NCBI GenBank assembly: GCA_030141605.1
Contig: JAQGDQ010000641.1
Span: forward strand, 20,731-84,730
Direction: 5' to 3'
DNA length: 64,000 nucleotides
DNA from: Tubiluchus corallicola
Taxonomy: Eukaryota; Animalia; Priapulida
In this document: positions 27,301-38,015 of the stretch, in pieces
How positions within the stretch are numbered: the first letter of the stretch is position 1
How the letters are laid out: every line of letters begins with the position of its first letter
Translations under genes and position numbers: made by a program
Notes under the pieces: generated by a model
Told to the model about the DNA's origin: nothing
Databases searched by the model: none
Seen by the model: only the letters and a program-made list of their open reading frames with translations

Positions 27301-29454
27301 AGAATTCACCTTGGAATTGTGTGTTTGTATGCAAGCCAAGAAGAATAGGCCTACCTTTTGAGACACAAAATACCACATATGAATGTACAGGCTGCGTTCC
27401 ACAACAAGACAAACGAACGACAACCTCCTCCATGACTTAAATTCCTTTACTCTATCAATATGGAACACCGCATCAGCATCGCAAGGAGAAAAATTAGGCA
27501 CGTCCTGGGAAGACCATCAGAAGACCGTCCCATGATCCGTTCCAGCCCGAGTGAACTCTAAATGTTTTTTAAAAGTCCAACCCTTCTGTAGCTGCCATTG
27601 CGAACTCTCCACAAGCCGACGCAACCAACCAACACTTCCACCATATCACTACTAAACTATCTTCCTCACCACTTCCACTGGAGAGACAACTTTTGAGAGA
27701 AAACAAAAACATAAAATGCTAGAGAGAAAACGAGAGATACTACGATTAACAGAGGCTCATCGAGAACACTATAGGCAAACAGCTTACACATAGGCTTTGC
27801 GCTGTCAATCTATGGTAATCTAAAGCAGGGGTGTGCAAATTATCTGACTAGCCGGGCCACATTAAACTTTCCCACAATTCCTGCGGGCCACAGGCAGTTT
27901 GATCAAGGAGCCAAGTACAGTAGGACCTAATAACGATTTTTTTGCATCCGACCTGCGTACATCATTACTACTACACTCAAGAAACTATTTTAGAAGTTAT
28001 TAAAATTTATATTACAAACCATATATTTCTACTTTCAGGACAGATAGTGGTAATTTCATTACAATGCATATTAGTAATGTGTATCACACAGTCTGTGTAG
28101 TACAGTGTTATTAAGCTACAACCGTCTTGTAAGGGTTAATGGCATCCGATCTAGTAGAAAAAAACTACCCGCACTATCTTTGGGATCGTGGCACGCACTT
28201 CAGCTGGATACACTCAATTAATCGCCCGGGCCGTACTTTCATTAGGTTGACAAATCTCTTCGTGGGCCGCACAAATTCTCTTGGCGGGCCGCAAGTGGCC
28301 CGCGGGCCACAATTTGCACACCCCTGATCTAAAGTAATCTATATCAAACTGTAAATATGCGGGTGTGCGTGGAATGTCAGAGGTCGAATACGACAAGCAA
28401 CTTATTTTACGTGCATTTGAGAAAATAAAATCACTGTGAGTTTAGGTAGAGACACAGTCTGCTGCCTGTTCAAGACATGCCTTAAATAAGAGTGAAAATG
28501 TCAAAGGTCAAAGAGAAATTTGGCATTCCATCCATTTGTGTATGTCACAATTTGCTAAAGGCTTAAGCCAAGGCAGCTTAAGAAATCTCTCAAATCTGTT
28601 GAATCGTTGAGAGGAGCAGTGTGAGAAAATGTTCAGCAACCAGTTTTCTGCTATATCAGGGTATCATGGACTAGCAGCTATTCAAATAAAAGCCAGTTTT
28701 TAACAGTAGGACATATGATCTGTAATAGACTGATCTCACTTAAACGATGTATCTACTCGCACTGTATCTCAACATAACACGGGCATCAAGCATTTTTTAA
28801 TGTCACAACAAAATATAACTTAATAAAACAAAAAATATAACGACCGTTATTTACAGCGTAACAAATCACTCGCAGTTACTGCCTACAAATGCAGACATAA
28901 CAGAAGCATAAATTATTATAAGCCCATAAATTTTACTAAACGTACAAATAATCACATAATTTTAATAATATTATTCAATTCAATTCAATTCAAAACGTGC
29001 ATTTATTTCCATATTCATGATATAACTGAGGCAAGTAAATGTATTTAATTATCATAATGGAAATAGGATGGCGAAAGACCAAGAAGGTCAACTAGTCAAG
29101 CCATCCTTCAATGGATGTATGTGATTATTGGGATGAATTAGTTAAACCTGTGAGTTTGTGAATGACAATTCCAAATTATTTAAAACGCGGGTAAAAGTAC
29201 ATTGAATGTTTAAACACTTCTTCGAAAAGACTTTTAATTGCAGCAAACTCCAAAAAAATAGAAAAGTCAAGACGGTTATATAGGCTTACCCATTTTTCGG
29301 CGTTTGAAGTCCATGACGAAGTATTGTCCTTAAGGTTTTCTCTGCTGCTTGTCGGTGTTTCACCATTTGGTGCTTTGCCAAAGCTTATAAAGTTGTTAAA
29401 ATCATCATCTGAAGCAGACTCATCATCCTCCATACCAGCTGGTATGCCCGACAT
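5886..29454 (-). CDS. ASZ1: ASZ1/GASZ (ankyrin repeat, SAM and bZIP domain protein), 5' part; exons 29290-29454, 19704-19929, 12000-12122, 9894-10008, 5886-5997; continues beyond left edge
   Basis: The spliced 741 nt give 247 aa with consistent phases (0,1,1,2,0) and GT/AG ends. The acidic N-terminal motif [17 protein letters not shown] resembles ASZ1 PVAGGGESSESEDD. Ankyrin repeats GWMPLMYAA...[18 protein letters not shown]...LLEKGADIN and [12 protein letters not shown]...NAQDSRGWT follow the ASZ1 order. Identity is from recognition, not a database search. Confidence 0.85.
6272..6336. repeat. (CAA)n microsatellite
   Basis: Direct reading. Confidence 0.9.
7903..9626. repeat. Minisatellite, 92-bp unit, ~18 copies
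   Basis: ...ATACATGCATGGTCACATGTTGCAGTGATGTACCACGAGAACCAGTATATCTCCGGGAAGG... Confidence 0.95.
9894..10008 (-). CDS. ASZ1: ASZ1 coding exon 4 ([39 protein letters not shown])
   Basis: Acceptor TTTATTGCAG, donor AG|GTAAGC, 115 nt. Confidence 0.9.
10050..10730. repeat. Minisatellite, ~102-bp unit, ~6.5 copies
   Basis: TTAGTCAAACGATGGCACTTAAGATATG...GCAGCAGTGGTGCCATC. Confidence 0.9.
11206..12010. repeat. Minisatellite, 65-bp unit, ~11-12 copies, includes the ASZ1 exon 3 donor
   Basis: CCATGTTTGGAGTAGTCGTAGGGTTACCATACTTGGTACTACAATATATGCAGAAACAAAACCTA. Confidence 0.95.
12000..12122 (-). CDS. ASZ1: ASZ1 coding exon 3 (ankyrin repeat [28 protein letters not shown])
   Basis: Acceptor TTTTTCAG, donor G|GTAGGT, 123 nt. 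Confidence 0.9.
12400..12932. mobile_element. Long-TIR foldback element, TGT...ACA ends, 5-bp TSD GTAAG (Ginger-like non-autonomous)
   Basis: About 105-bp inverted repeats (12400-12505 / 12826-12932); GTAAG on both sides. The superfamily is inferred from the termini only. Confidence 0.7.
13251..13789. mobile_element. Kolobok-like non-autonomous element (family F)
   Basis: AGGA..ACC / GGTTTTCCT ends; homologous over its length to 51036-51578. Confidence 0.65.
14001..14782. repeat. Minisatellite, 88-bp unit, ~9 copies
   Basis: GGAATGCTATATACAGGGTGCTCTAAAAGAAACGG... Confidence 0.95.
15173..15634. mobile_element. hAT (Charlie/Buster-like) MITE family A, TSD TTCTAACA
   Basis: TIR CAGGGGTGTGCAAATT / AATTTGCACACCCCTG with perfect 8-bp TSD. 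Confidence 0.9.
15694..16327. repeat. Minisatellite, 32-bp unit, ~20 copies
   Basis: TTTCCTTTAATTTGTGCTACGTTATATTGACG. Confidence 0.95.
16629..16953. repeat. Tandem duplication, ~163 bp x2
   Basis: ACACGCCGCCCTGGTGTCAGC... repeated. Confidence 0.9.
17091..17385. repeat. Minisatellite, 77-bp unit, ~4 copies
   Basis: ATTCAAGCAATATCTAAACAAACTG... Confidence 0.9.
18030..18581 (+). mobile_element. CR1/L2-group LINE 3' remnant
   Basis: [17 protein letters not shown]...HDHYTR...[11 protein letters not shown]...FKK resembles the ORF2 C-terminus; AATAAA and (ATTCATA)n tail. Confidence 0.75.
18800..19410 (+). mobile_element. CR1/L2-group LINE 3' remnant
   Basis: [23 protein letters not shown]...STFKK followed by an AT-rich UTR and AATAAA/short-repeat tail. 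Confidence 0.6.
19704..19929 (-). CDS. ASZ1: ASZ1 coding exon 2 (GYHSKPLW...[22 protein letters not shown])
   Basis: Acceptor TATTTTAG, donor G|GTAAGT, 226 nt, open frame, phase 0->1. Confidence 0.8.
20111..20495. repeat. Minisatellite, ~35-bp unit, ~11 copies
   Basis: GTGCTTAGGGCCTCTGGGAAAAAGGGAACCCACAC. Confidence 0.92.
21860..22855 (+). mobile_element. CR1/L2-group LINE 3' remnant
   Basis: [14 protein letters not shown]...MQNYALRLI...[10 protein letters not shown]...FKRKLK; AATAAA and (TA)n tail. Confidence 0.8.
24027..25820. repeat. Minisatellite, 54-bp unit (47-bp variant), ~35 copies
   Basis: TATAGACCTGTGTTCTCATTTTCGTACATACTTTCACCTGTATACTCTATACTC. Confidence 0.95.
25819..25922. mobile_element. 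Family A terminal fragment abutting the 54-bp minisatellite
   Basis: Matches 15531-15634 including the TIR. Confidence 0.8.
26330..26404. repeat. Compound (CA)n/(CG) microsatellite
   Basis: Direct reading. Confidence 0.85.
26893..27190. repeat. Minisatellite, 23-bp unit, ~13 copies
   Basis: TTCCATTAACAAAGCAAGAGTTC. Confidence 0.93.
27826..28326. mobile_element. hAT MITE family A, TSD ATCTAAAG
   Basis: TIRs and perfect 8-bp TSD. Confidence 0.9.
28975..29136 (-). mobile_element. Short retroposon/L2-type 3' end with hairpin and (TTGAA)n tail
   Basis: Near-identical to 54426-54584; GGATGGC...GCCATCC stem. Confidence 0.65.
29290..29454 (-). CDS. ASZ1: ASZ1 coding exon 1 ([19 protein letters not shown]...NAEKW)
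   Basis: ATG at 29454, 165 nt, donor TGG|GTAAGC. Confidence 0.8.
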
Positions 29455-29553
29455 TTTTACATTTTTATCGTTTTCCTATTCGTCCTATAGACGGCGCGCT
29501 AATCGAGGTAAACAAAAGTCTGCAAAGGTCAAATCGGGTCATTACCAGCCATC
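29455..29553. promoter_or_regulatory. Divergent (bidirectional) promoter/5'UTR region between ASZ1 and NDUFA12
   Basis: 99 bp separate the two outward-facing ATGs; contains a CG-rich core (GGCGCGC) and AAAGGTCA-AATC-GGGTCA. Confidence 0.6.
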
Positions 29554-29642
29554 ATGTCGGTTTACATTGAAAAATTCAGGCATTTTTTCCAAGCAGTAAA
29601 ACAACACGGTGGAATACTAGGATCACTACGACAACTATACTG
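29554..29642 (+). CDS. NDUFA12: NDUFA12 exon 1 ([30 protein letters not shown])
   Basis: ATG in CCATCATG context, donor TG|GTAAGT. Confidence 0.85.
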
Positions 29643-32600
29643 GTAAGTAGGATATTCAACTGAATAAAGTGTAGCGTTGGTCACATAGTGAAATTTAAAA
29701 TCTGCTTAGCTATGCTTATAAATTTCTGTTTAAAACGTCTAATTACAGTCATGTATGATGTAGTTTATTACAGACAAAAAATTTTATTATTCGTAATTTA
29801 ACTCACTGTACTGCGATACTAAATAATTTTATGTTTTGGTCATAGCTTAACAAAGGACTACCATTTAAAAGTGGGAATTTTTTTGTTTTGCCTTACTATA
29901 ACTAAGTAAGTATGTTGTGTAACCTTCTTGTTCACATTTCACAGTATCTTATCTTTGCTTTTTGCTCTATATGTAACAGTATAGTTTGCACTTTATAGGA
30001 CTGACGAACTCAAGGCTGGAAAGTTCGTGGGTGAGGACAAATATGGCAACAAATACTATGAAGACAATATGCACTTTTTAGGTGTGTCATTATAATTTAA
30101 TTAAGTAACATGATGTATTTGTATCGTGTCTTTAGCTACTGTATCTGCTTTTTAGGAGATGAGAACTTGTGAAAGTACAGCTAACGGGTATGTCATAGAT
30201 TAGCTACCAACCTTATAAGAAATGCACATATTGTAGAATCTTTTGAAAAGATTCTGGAATTATGACATCACAAAGCATTTTACGAAGTGTGCTTATAAAC
30301 ATTGTGAATAACAAGTAAGTAAGTAAGTTTATTAGTTTATCGCCATGTTTAAAATAGCAAAATACATAACTAAGAGATTTATAAATCTGTCCAACATACA
30401 ATAATATTACAAAGTGCAAAAGTAATTATTGATTAGTGGTGAAAGGGTGGCGAAAGAACTATAAGTTATTGAGGTCAGCCACCCTCTCAGAATTGTTACT
30501 AATATAATTAATTAGTTAATGCGCATGTATCAGGTAATTAAAAATTATCAGATTTTGCATTTAAGACGAATGAAAATTGAACGTTATACGAATGTGTTAG
30601 CTTATAATAAAATAATGTTCAATAATGGGAAAGAAGAGACACACGTGACTATCTTTAAATAATAATTTAACCATTATGTATTTAAAATTAATGTTATGAG
30701 GACCTAGAGCCAAAGGAAGAAAAAAATTAATTTTCCGGTTGTAGATAGCACTAGTTTTGCTAATATTTAAAGCATTGTAGTGCTACACTTTAAAAAGAAA
30801 TATTTTGTAAATTTTTGCATTTTTCTGTTAGAAATTACAAATGCCATATCTTGGACTGTACTAACACATGCTTGCGAAGTCTAAGAGACCTAGCCATAAC
30901 GCGTTTATTGACGGTCTCCCCTCAACAATTTGCCAAATTGCGGCAGATTTGATGTGTCACCTGTTTCACTATTAAGTGAATGCCAAGGGCCCACAACACG
31001 AGAAGAAATGAGCTCTGATATTAGTGCGAAAGTATTGTACAAATAATTTAGAATTGTGTCCACGTAAATCATGTGGTGGTCTAGAAAAAAATTTGTCACT
31101 ATGTAAAATAGAACTACCACTAATGACTTTATAACAGTTAATCAGATCTATAGTATCACAGGCTTGTTCAAGAGAAAATATAGAGTCAAGTTGAATATCA
31201 GAGGCCAGACTAATACATCTCCATTATTGCAAACTACCTCATGAGTTATTTAAAAGAGACCCCTAGATTATTGCCAGTATTTTTTTATTTATTTTTCAAA
31301 ACTTGCTTAAATCTTTTTCCACTAGGTGGTACCACGCACTATTAATTTTTTAATTGGGTGGACTGATCTTTAAAAATGCTTTAAAATGGTGCAAAACAAC
31401 ATCGGTTTGACTTGATGAAGGAGTAGCCAACTTTACCAGTTTGGTTGCATTATTTTGCATCTAAGTTTAGTTTACCTAGAATAGATTAGGGACGCCAAGA
31501 AGCTCCACCAGAACTCGAGCCTTGATTCCAGTCAGTTCACTGCAGTTTTGTGTTGCTTTACATCAGAGGTGTGCAAATTATCTGACTAGCAGGGCCACAT
31601 TAAATGGTCCCACAATTCCTGCGGGCCACAAGCAGTTTGATCAAGGAGCCAAGTACAGAAAGGCCTAATAACGATTTTTTTTGCGTCCGACCTGCGTACA
31701 TCATTACTACTACACTCAAGAACCTATTTTAGAAGTTATTAAAATTTATATTACAAACCATATATTTCTACTTTCAGGACAGATAGTGGTAATTTCATTA
31801 CAATGCATATTAGTAATGTGTATCACACAGTCTGTGTAGTACAGCGATGTTAAGCTACAACCGTCTTGTAAGGGCTAATGGCATCCGATCTAGTAGAAAA
31901 AACTACCCGCACTATCTTTGGGATCGTGGCACAAACTTCAGCTGGATACACTCAATTAATCACCCGGGCCGCACTTTCATTAGGTTGACAAATCTCTTTG
32001 CCGCACAAATTCTCCCGGCGGGCCGTAATTTGCACACCCCTGATTTAGATCCTGCAGTTTTTTTAAATTTGGTTTAGCTTTGGCTGCAGAGGCGATTCAG
32101 TAGCACTTTATGACTAAAATGATTATGCACTCTTTTACCTTTCAATTTTCCTGCCAAATTGAACTACTTTGATATCACTGCTTCTTGTGATGATTTTGTC
32201 CTCTTGAAATAAACAAATGCCACCATTTTCCGTTTAAGCATGTGTCAGCTCATGACATCTGATGCGAAAGTGCGCCAATTTCAACAAAAGCGCTAAGATT
32301 TCTTGTATTACTTTAGCAGAACTAAGTTATAGTTTTTATTATTGTAGAATTAGTGTCAGCCATGCTGCTCACTGTTCAGACAGGCTGTTTGCAATCTTTT
32401 TTCCATCATGATAATGACTACTGCCTTAGTCTCCCATAATATGATTAAAAATCGTATAGATTTAAATAAGATTAGGTAAAGAAATATAAAAAATCCATTC
32501 GATTCAGATTCGAAAATTATTTTAAACTGAGATTTCGATTCGGTAATTTCAGATTCGTGCATCCGTAACCTAGATATTCTTGTATTTTTTTTCTTGTAAC

Positions 32601-33646
32601 ACAGAAGTTTTATGCCAAACTATGATAAATAATTTATAAATTGAAATGGCAAAAATTCTTGTAAGGTGCTAGTATGGATTTTTAAAAATTCTATGTCAGG
32701 TATGCTAATTTACAAGCATCGTAATTATTGATTTTTTCTTCTTCTAGGAAGAAACCGCTGGGTTCAGTACACAGCTGATGTAGGAATGGATTACGATGGT
32801 AGTCAGGTACCTGCTGAGTGGTAAGCTTAACGTCTTTAACTGTTTTCTAGCAGTAACAATCGTTGTGAGCTGCTTTTTGTTGGCTATCTTTCTAGTAAGT
32901 GATGGTTGGCTGGTTGCTTTATGATGTCATCTTTATATGTGTGTGAGTGTGTGCGTGCGTGGGTGTGTGTGTGATTGTAATGACGTTAGTAATAAAACTG
33001 TCAAGCAGGGTATAGCCAGGTTCTAAAATTTTGGGAGCAAGAACATAAAAAAGGCACCGAGACACTTGAACCAATTATATGTTTGTGTATGACACACGAA
33101 CAAGGTCAGCATGTGAGAAGAATATGCTATAGTAATTAGACTAAAGTTGTGATTTACTTGGAGAGAAAACAAGCTAGTCTGAACGTGCATGTGATTTACT
33201 TGGCGAGAAAACAAGCTAGTCTGACCATGCTTGTGATTTACTTGGCGAGAAAACAAGCTAGTCTGAACACGCTTGTGATTTACTTGGCGAGAAAACAAGC
33301 TAGTCTGAACACGCTATTAGAGTGGCAGTGATCAGTTAGTTAAGACGCCATCTGACTATTCATAATTTTATTATAATTATTATTTTATTTTCTTTATCTG
33401 AGCAGTAAAAATGGTTATTTTTATGCACTATTTTAGTTGGTAATTTTCTACTGTAGGCACAGATGGTTACATCACATAACCGATGAACCACCCACAGTTG
33501 CTCCACCAGTGGATCACAAATGGATCGCTCCTCATGTGGAGAACAAATCCGGCACTAGCGGAGCTTTTTTTCCGTACAGCACGACGCGGCCTAAAATACA
33601 GTCATGGGAACCGCCCAGGCCTGACGAAAAACGGGCATCGTCATAG
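29554..33646 (+). CDS. NDUFA12: NADH dehydrogenase [ubiquinone] 1 alpha subcomplex subunit 12 (B17.2), complete; exons 29554-29642, 29999-30081, 32748-32820, 33457-33646
   Basis: 435 nt = 144 aa + TAG. Contains the family motifs [37 protein letters not shown] and [15 protein letters not shown]. All introns GT-AG with matching phases. Confidence 0.95.
29999..30081 (+). CDS. NDUFA12: NDUFA12 exon 2 ([27 protein letters not shown])
   Basis: Acceptor CTTTATAG, donor G|GTGTGT, 83 nt. Confidence 0.93.
31564..32042. mobile_element. hAT MITE family A in NDUFA12 intron 2
   Basis: TIRs; degenerate TSD CTTTACAT/ATTTAGAT. Confidence 0.85.
32748..32820 (+). CDS. NDUFA12: NDUFA12 exon 3 ([25 protein letters not shown])
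   Basis: Acceptor TTCTTCTAG, donor TG|GTAAGC, 73 nt. Confidence 0.93.
33147..33314. repeat. Minisatellite, 42-bp unit, 4 copies (NDUFA12 intron 3)
   Basis: TTGTGATTTACTTGGCGAGAAAACAAGCTAGTCTGAACACGC. Confidence 0.9.
33457..33646 (+). CDS. NDUFA12: NDUFA12 exon 4 ([12 protein letters not shown]...KRASS*)
   Basis: Acceptor CTACTGTAG, stop TAG ending 33646. Confidence 0.93.
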
Positions 33647-33845
33647 CAACTGTTTATCTTTAGTCAGATTTAAATGTGTGACATTAGTAGATTTCTTGAA
33701 TCTGAGAATTTTTTCTGTTCAGGTATTTAGTTTTTCAGCATTAATCCAGTCTAGGTGCCCTCCTGTTTGGCTTTTTAGGTGTTTTGGGGGAGCATCTCAT
33801 CTGACAATTTATACACCATCTTAAGTCATTTTGTAAATACACATA

Positions 33846-33851
33846 AATAAA
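33846..33851 (+). promoter_or_regulatory. Probable polyadenylation signal of NDUFA12
   Basis: AATAAA 200 nt after the stop codon. Confidence 0.55.
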
Positions 33852-34074
33852 TTCTTTATATATGTATAGAATGGCATTCTTTAACTTTAAATGCCTTTAT
33901 ATGTAATCATTTAAAAACCTAGAAGGCTTAGTGCTAGCTTAAATTTCATTACTGTTGCACTTGCTTGTAATATAAGTAAATATATCCAATTGTTAATTTT
34001 TAACCAAAATCAGCAGTTTTGTTTATTTTTAATAATTATGTGTGCAACGCTTTCTTTGATGTTCAGTCACTGTT

Positions 34075-34431
34075 GGGGTGGTGAGCATTCTCTACCAGAA
34101 TTCGAACCGAACTTCAGTGTTTCGAATTCTAACCGAATTCGAATTGAGATTGAAAGATTTTCAAACAAGTTTTCGAACCACTAGTAAAAATTAGTCTTGC
34201 AAAGATCATGGATATCACTAGATTTTGTTCTGCAAATAAAACGACTAGTAATTTGTTTAAAATTGTGTGCAGAAATCACAGCTAAATTATGCTAATTGCA
34301 TGATGTTTCAATGGTTTTAGCGATAAAGAACATGTGTGATCGAAGTTCTGAATTATTCGAATCTATAGTTTTAGGTTCGAATCGAGTTCGAACTAAAAAA
34401 AATCACTCGAACTCGAACGTTCAACGCTCAC
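34075..34431. mobile_element. Degenerate copy of the TTCGAA-rich hAT MITE
   Basis: Reverse-complement similarity to 59160-59422. Confidence 0.7.
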
Positions 34432-35619
34432 TGTAACCGTTACCTGGCGTTGAGGAAATGTCGCACCGCTGGGTTATGTGATTCGTTGCGTCAGTTTCTA
34501 GCTTGCTATTAATGTACGAGGAAAATGCGCAGAAATACAATTCAGCAACGTGGCTAGACAGTTTATTTACACGAAATTATAGAAATAAACAACAACATGA
34601 TTTCAGAGTAACTTTGGAACATGATAACAATAAAACAATTAAACTGGAAGTTTGGAAAACAATAAGTTTTTTACAAGTTTATTTCAGGAATGAGTACTGT
34701 TTCACAATATAGCCAAAATACGGTAGGGACCCAATATCTAATGACAGTAAAAGCAACAAACTTGTGATGGATGATTAATCGAATTAATCCAGATTACAAC
34801 CACGTATAAATCCATATAATCGGCAATTGAACAGTAATTCAATAATACGTGTTACACGCTGACTAAAAGCTAGTATTTCAGCACAAATAAACGGAATCCC
34901 TTGCACTTTGAAATTTAGAAATCATGACAATTTGTTACTAGTGACAGATTACGCGGTAAGCAAGCGAATTACCTCACAATAAACTGCAGAGATTACAAAA
35001 CCGTAAAAAAGCTGGCTAGCACACCTCCTGCATCACCTGATTAAGCATTACCTATGTGCTAACATATTTACTAATAGTAGTACTTGGATAGTAAAAAAAG
35101 CGCAATGGAAATTCAGTTTTATCCGCCTGCCAAAAACTACATGGAGGAAAAGTGATGATTACAATCATGGCAAGAACAATATAATTTGGCAACAGCTACA
35201 ATTCACACAAAAGTTTTTACTTATTAATCTACAATTATTGATAATTATTATCACACTATTATTGATCACGATAATGTAAACTAACGCATAAAAATAAAAG
35301 CAAAACTTCAGAGTTTACATTTGTGTGTGTATCGAAGATTCTAGATGGCTAAGGTATCAACGTAACAGTTGCATCTCTAATTTGTATCACTCATTTATTT
35401 ACCTAGTTCAATTTAATATACACATTACCGGAAGTACAGTGCTTTGCAGCTCCAAATGTGAAAAAGTTTAGGCGTTTTCTGCACAGCTTGGCACTAGTGA
35501 TCTAATACTCGATGGCTAGTTAGAATACATAGTTGCGGCAGCACCATCTGATTGACAAGAAGAATTCTCTAAGACCAAGCTTAGGTCGATCTGTGACGTG
35601 CGCGACGCAACTTGCCTCA

Positions 35620-36252
35620 ACTGAGAGGAAACAGTCGTAGACGCGCTCCAGTCGACTGAGAGGAAACAGTCGTAGACGGGCTCCAGTCGACTGAGAGGAA
35701 ACAGTCGTAGACGCTCTCCAGTCGACTGAGAGGAAACAGTCGTACACGCGCTCAAGTCGACTGGGAGGAAACAGTCGTAGACCCGCTCCAGTCGACTGAG
35801 AGGAAACAGTCGTAGACACGCTCCAGTCGACTGAGAGGAAACAGTCGTAGACGGGCTTCAGTCGACTGAGAGGAAACAGTCGTAGACGCGCTCCAGTCGA
35901 CTGAGAGGAAACAGTCGTAGACGCTCTCCAGTCGACTGAGAGGAAACAGTCGTAGACGCGCTCAAGTCGACTGGGAGGAAACAGTCGTAGACCCGCTCCA
36001 GTCGACTGAGAGGAAACAGTCGTAGACGCGCTCAAGTCGACTGAGAGGAAACAGTCGTAGACGCGCTCCAGTCGACTGAGAGGAAACAGTCGTAGACGCG
36101 CTCCAGTCGACTGAGAGGAAACTGTCGTAGACGCGCTCCAGTCGACTGAGAGGAAACAGTCGTAGACGCGCTCCAGTCGACTGAGAGGAAACAGTCGTAG
36201 ACGCTCTCCAGTCGACTGAGAGGAAACAGTCGTAGACGCTCTCAAGTCGACT
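35620..36252. repeat. CpG-rich minisatellite, 35-bp unit, ~18 copies
   Basis: CTCCAGTCGACTGAGAGGAAACAGTCGTAGACGCG. Confidence 0.95.
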
Positions 36253-37209
36253 ATGACTGATTTCCAGCAACTAGAAAGATACGAGTTCCCGCGAGTTGCA
36301 ACACTGCTCAAGTCAACGACAACGAGCGTATGCAAATGAAAAACATCTCTGACCAGAATCACGTGACCAAACCACAATCAACGTCCAACAATGCTCAGGT
36401 TAAAACTGGTTGGATACGGTATGCCGTGTGTAGAACATAAACAACTTGCTGGAACTGAGTTGCATTGCGTTTAGTTGCATCGTAAGTTTGCTTATTGCAC
36501 ACTGGACCGTGTATACTCAGAAATAGCGGCTTACCGCATGCCACCAGTTGCCGAGTCATCATTTCCTCTCAGCTGCGTTGCGTTGCAAGGCCGGCCTAAG
36601 CCTGCCCTAAAATGTGTCAGCCACATTCATATGGGAACGCATCCTCTTTCAAATTGGCAAATAGTTAGAACGGACAGTGTCACACTTTGAGTATTCAATA
36701 TGGCCGTCATTCACCGATTCACATTACATTAACGTGTAAACACTCAATTATTTGCGTCACCCACAAAGGAAAAAGTCATCCAAAAAATGTCAAATTGTTG
36801 CTGGGCATTTGGTACAAAAGAAAATGAGACACAGAGAAAAAGAACAGTTTTTGACTGCCAAAACGTTAACACTAGTTTCCGGAGGAAACGTATTTCACGT
36901 AGCAGAATTGCCTAATTTTCACATTTGAAGTTGTAAAGCTAATATCTGTACAACCCGTACGATTATTGCATTGTAGCTTGCTCAAAACACTTTCTCAATG
37001 AAAGTCCAAAACATACAAAACGAGAACCCTGCTTTGAAACAGCGCAAAATAGATTTCTATATACAAGTCATACGTACAATATTTACAAAGCATTACTAAA
37101 AATTATACTGTGCAAATTTACATCGTTATAACAATTGTTGTTCCGACGGAAACATGTATAACGTGCAGCTCCACCTACAGGGTCTATTTACAAACTATCA
37201 ACATAAGAT

Positions 37210-37640
37210 TTTTAAGGCATACTGAGTGGAAACGACAAAATTACATAGACACATGCAAGCCAGAAGAGGTTAAAGATATATTGAAAATAAGACTGAATAT
37301 GATTAAAGTTAAAGGGAACTACAAGAATGAATTTAAGAATCAGTTATTATGCCCAGTGTGTGAGGAAGATGATGACACTACTGAACATATGCTTAGATGT
37401 GACAGATATGGAGAATGGAAAAAAATTTTGAACTCAGATGTATTAATGAACAGTGAAAAGGAAGGATTGCTAGAAATTAGAAATCTAGTGAACGAATGTA
37501 TGGAATACAGGATAAAGACAAATAAAGACATTAAACTTGGAAAAGACAAATAAAACATCAGCGTTATAGAAGAATAGACTTTGCACCCTATAAAGGTGCC
37601 CGCCTCTGATAGGTGGAGAGAGTCGAGTATCGCACTCGCA
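37210..37640 (+). mobile_element. Non-LTR retrotransposon ORF2 C-terminal remnant with zinc knuckle
   Basis: LKIRLNMIKVKGNY...LCPVCEEDDDTTEHMLRC (CCHC-type motif). Confidence 0.7.
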
Positions 37641-38015
37641 AACATTTTCGCTCAACTTTTGTCAAAGCAATAGATGCGGAAGATGAATTTAAGCAAATAT
37701 AAGATGAAAACATGAATACATAGGAGAAGAGAAAGTAAAACAAAAACGACAACAAAGATATGTTTTAAAATGGCTAATGAGTATGTCAAAAGTAAATATT
37801 ATCCATAATCACCTTCTTAATCATAATTTGTTCATACAGCTACATTGGTTCATTTAATCAACAAAAATCTATCACATGATTGATGCATTATGTTGTTCTC
37901 TGCTAACATGCAGCAGATACCTAGCCTTACAAGTCTAGCTTTGTAAGCAATTTCGGAATTATCGCGGTTATAATATCGATTATAAAAATTCTTCGGAAAA
38001 ATCTGGATTACAGTG

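Noticed and set aside
35516-36377. 285-aa ORF and CRISPR-like regular palindromic repeat
   Set aside because: Head-to-tail units with no unique spacers, no cas genes, and eukaryotic context; the ORF is a repeat translation.
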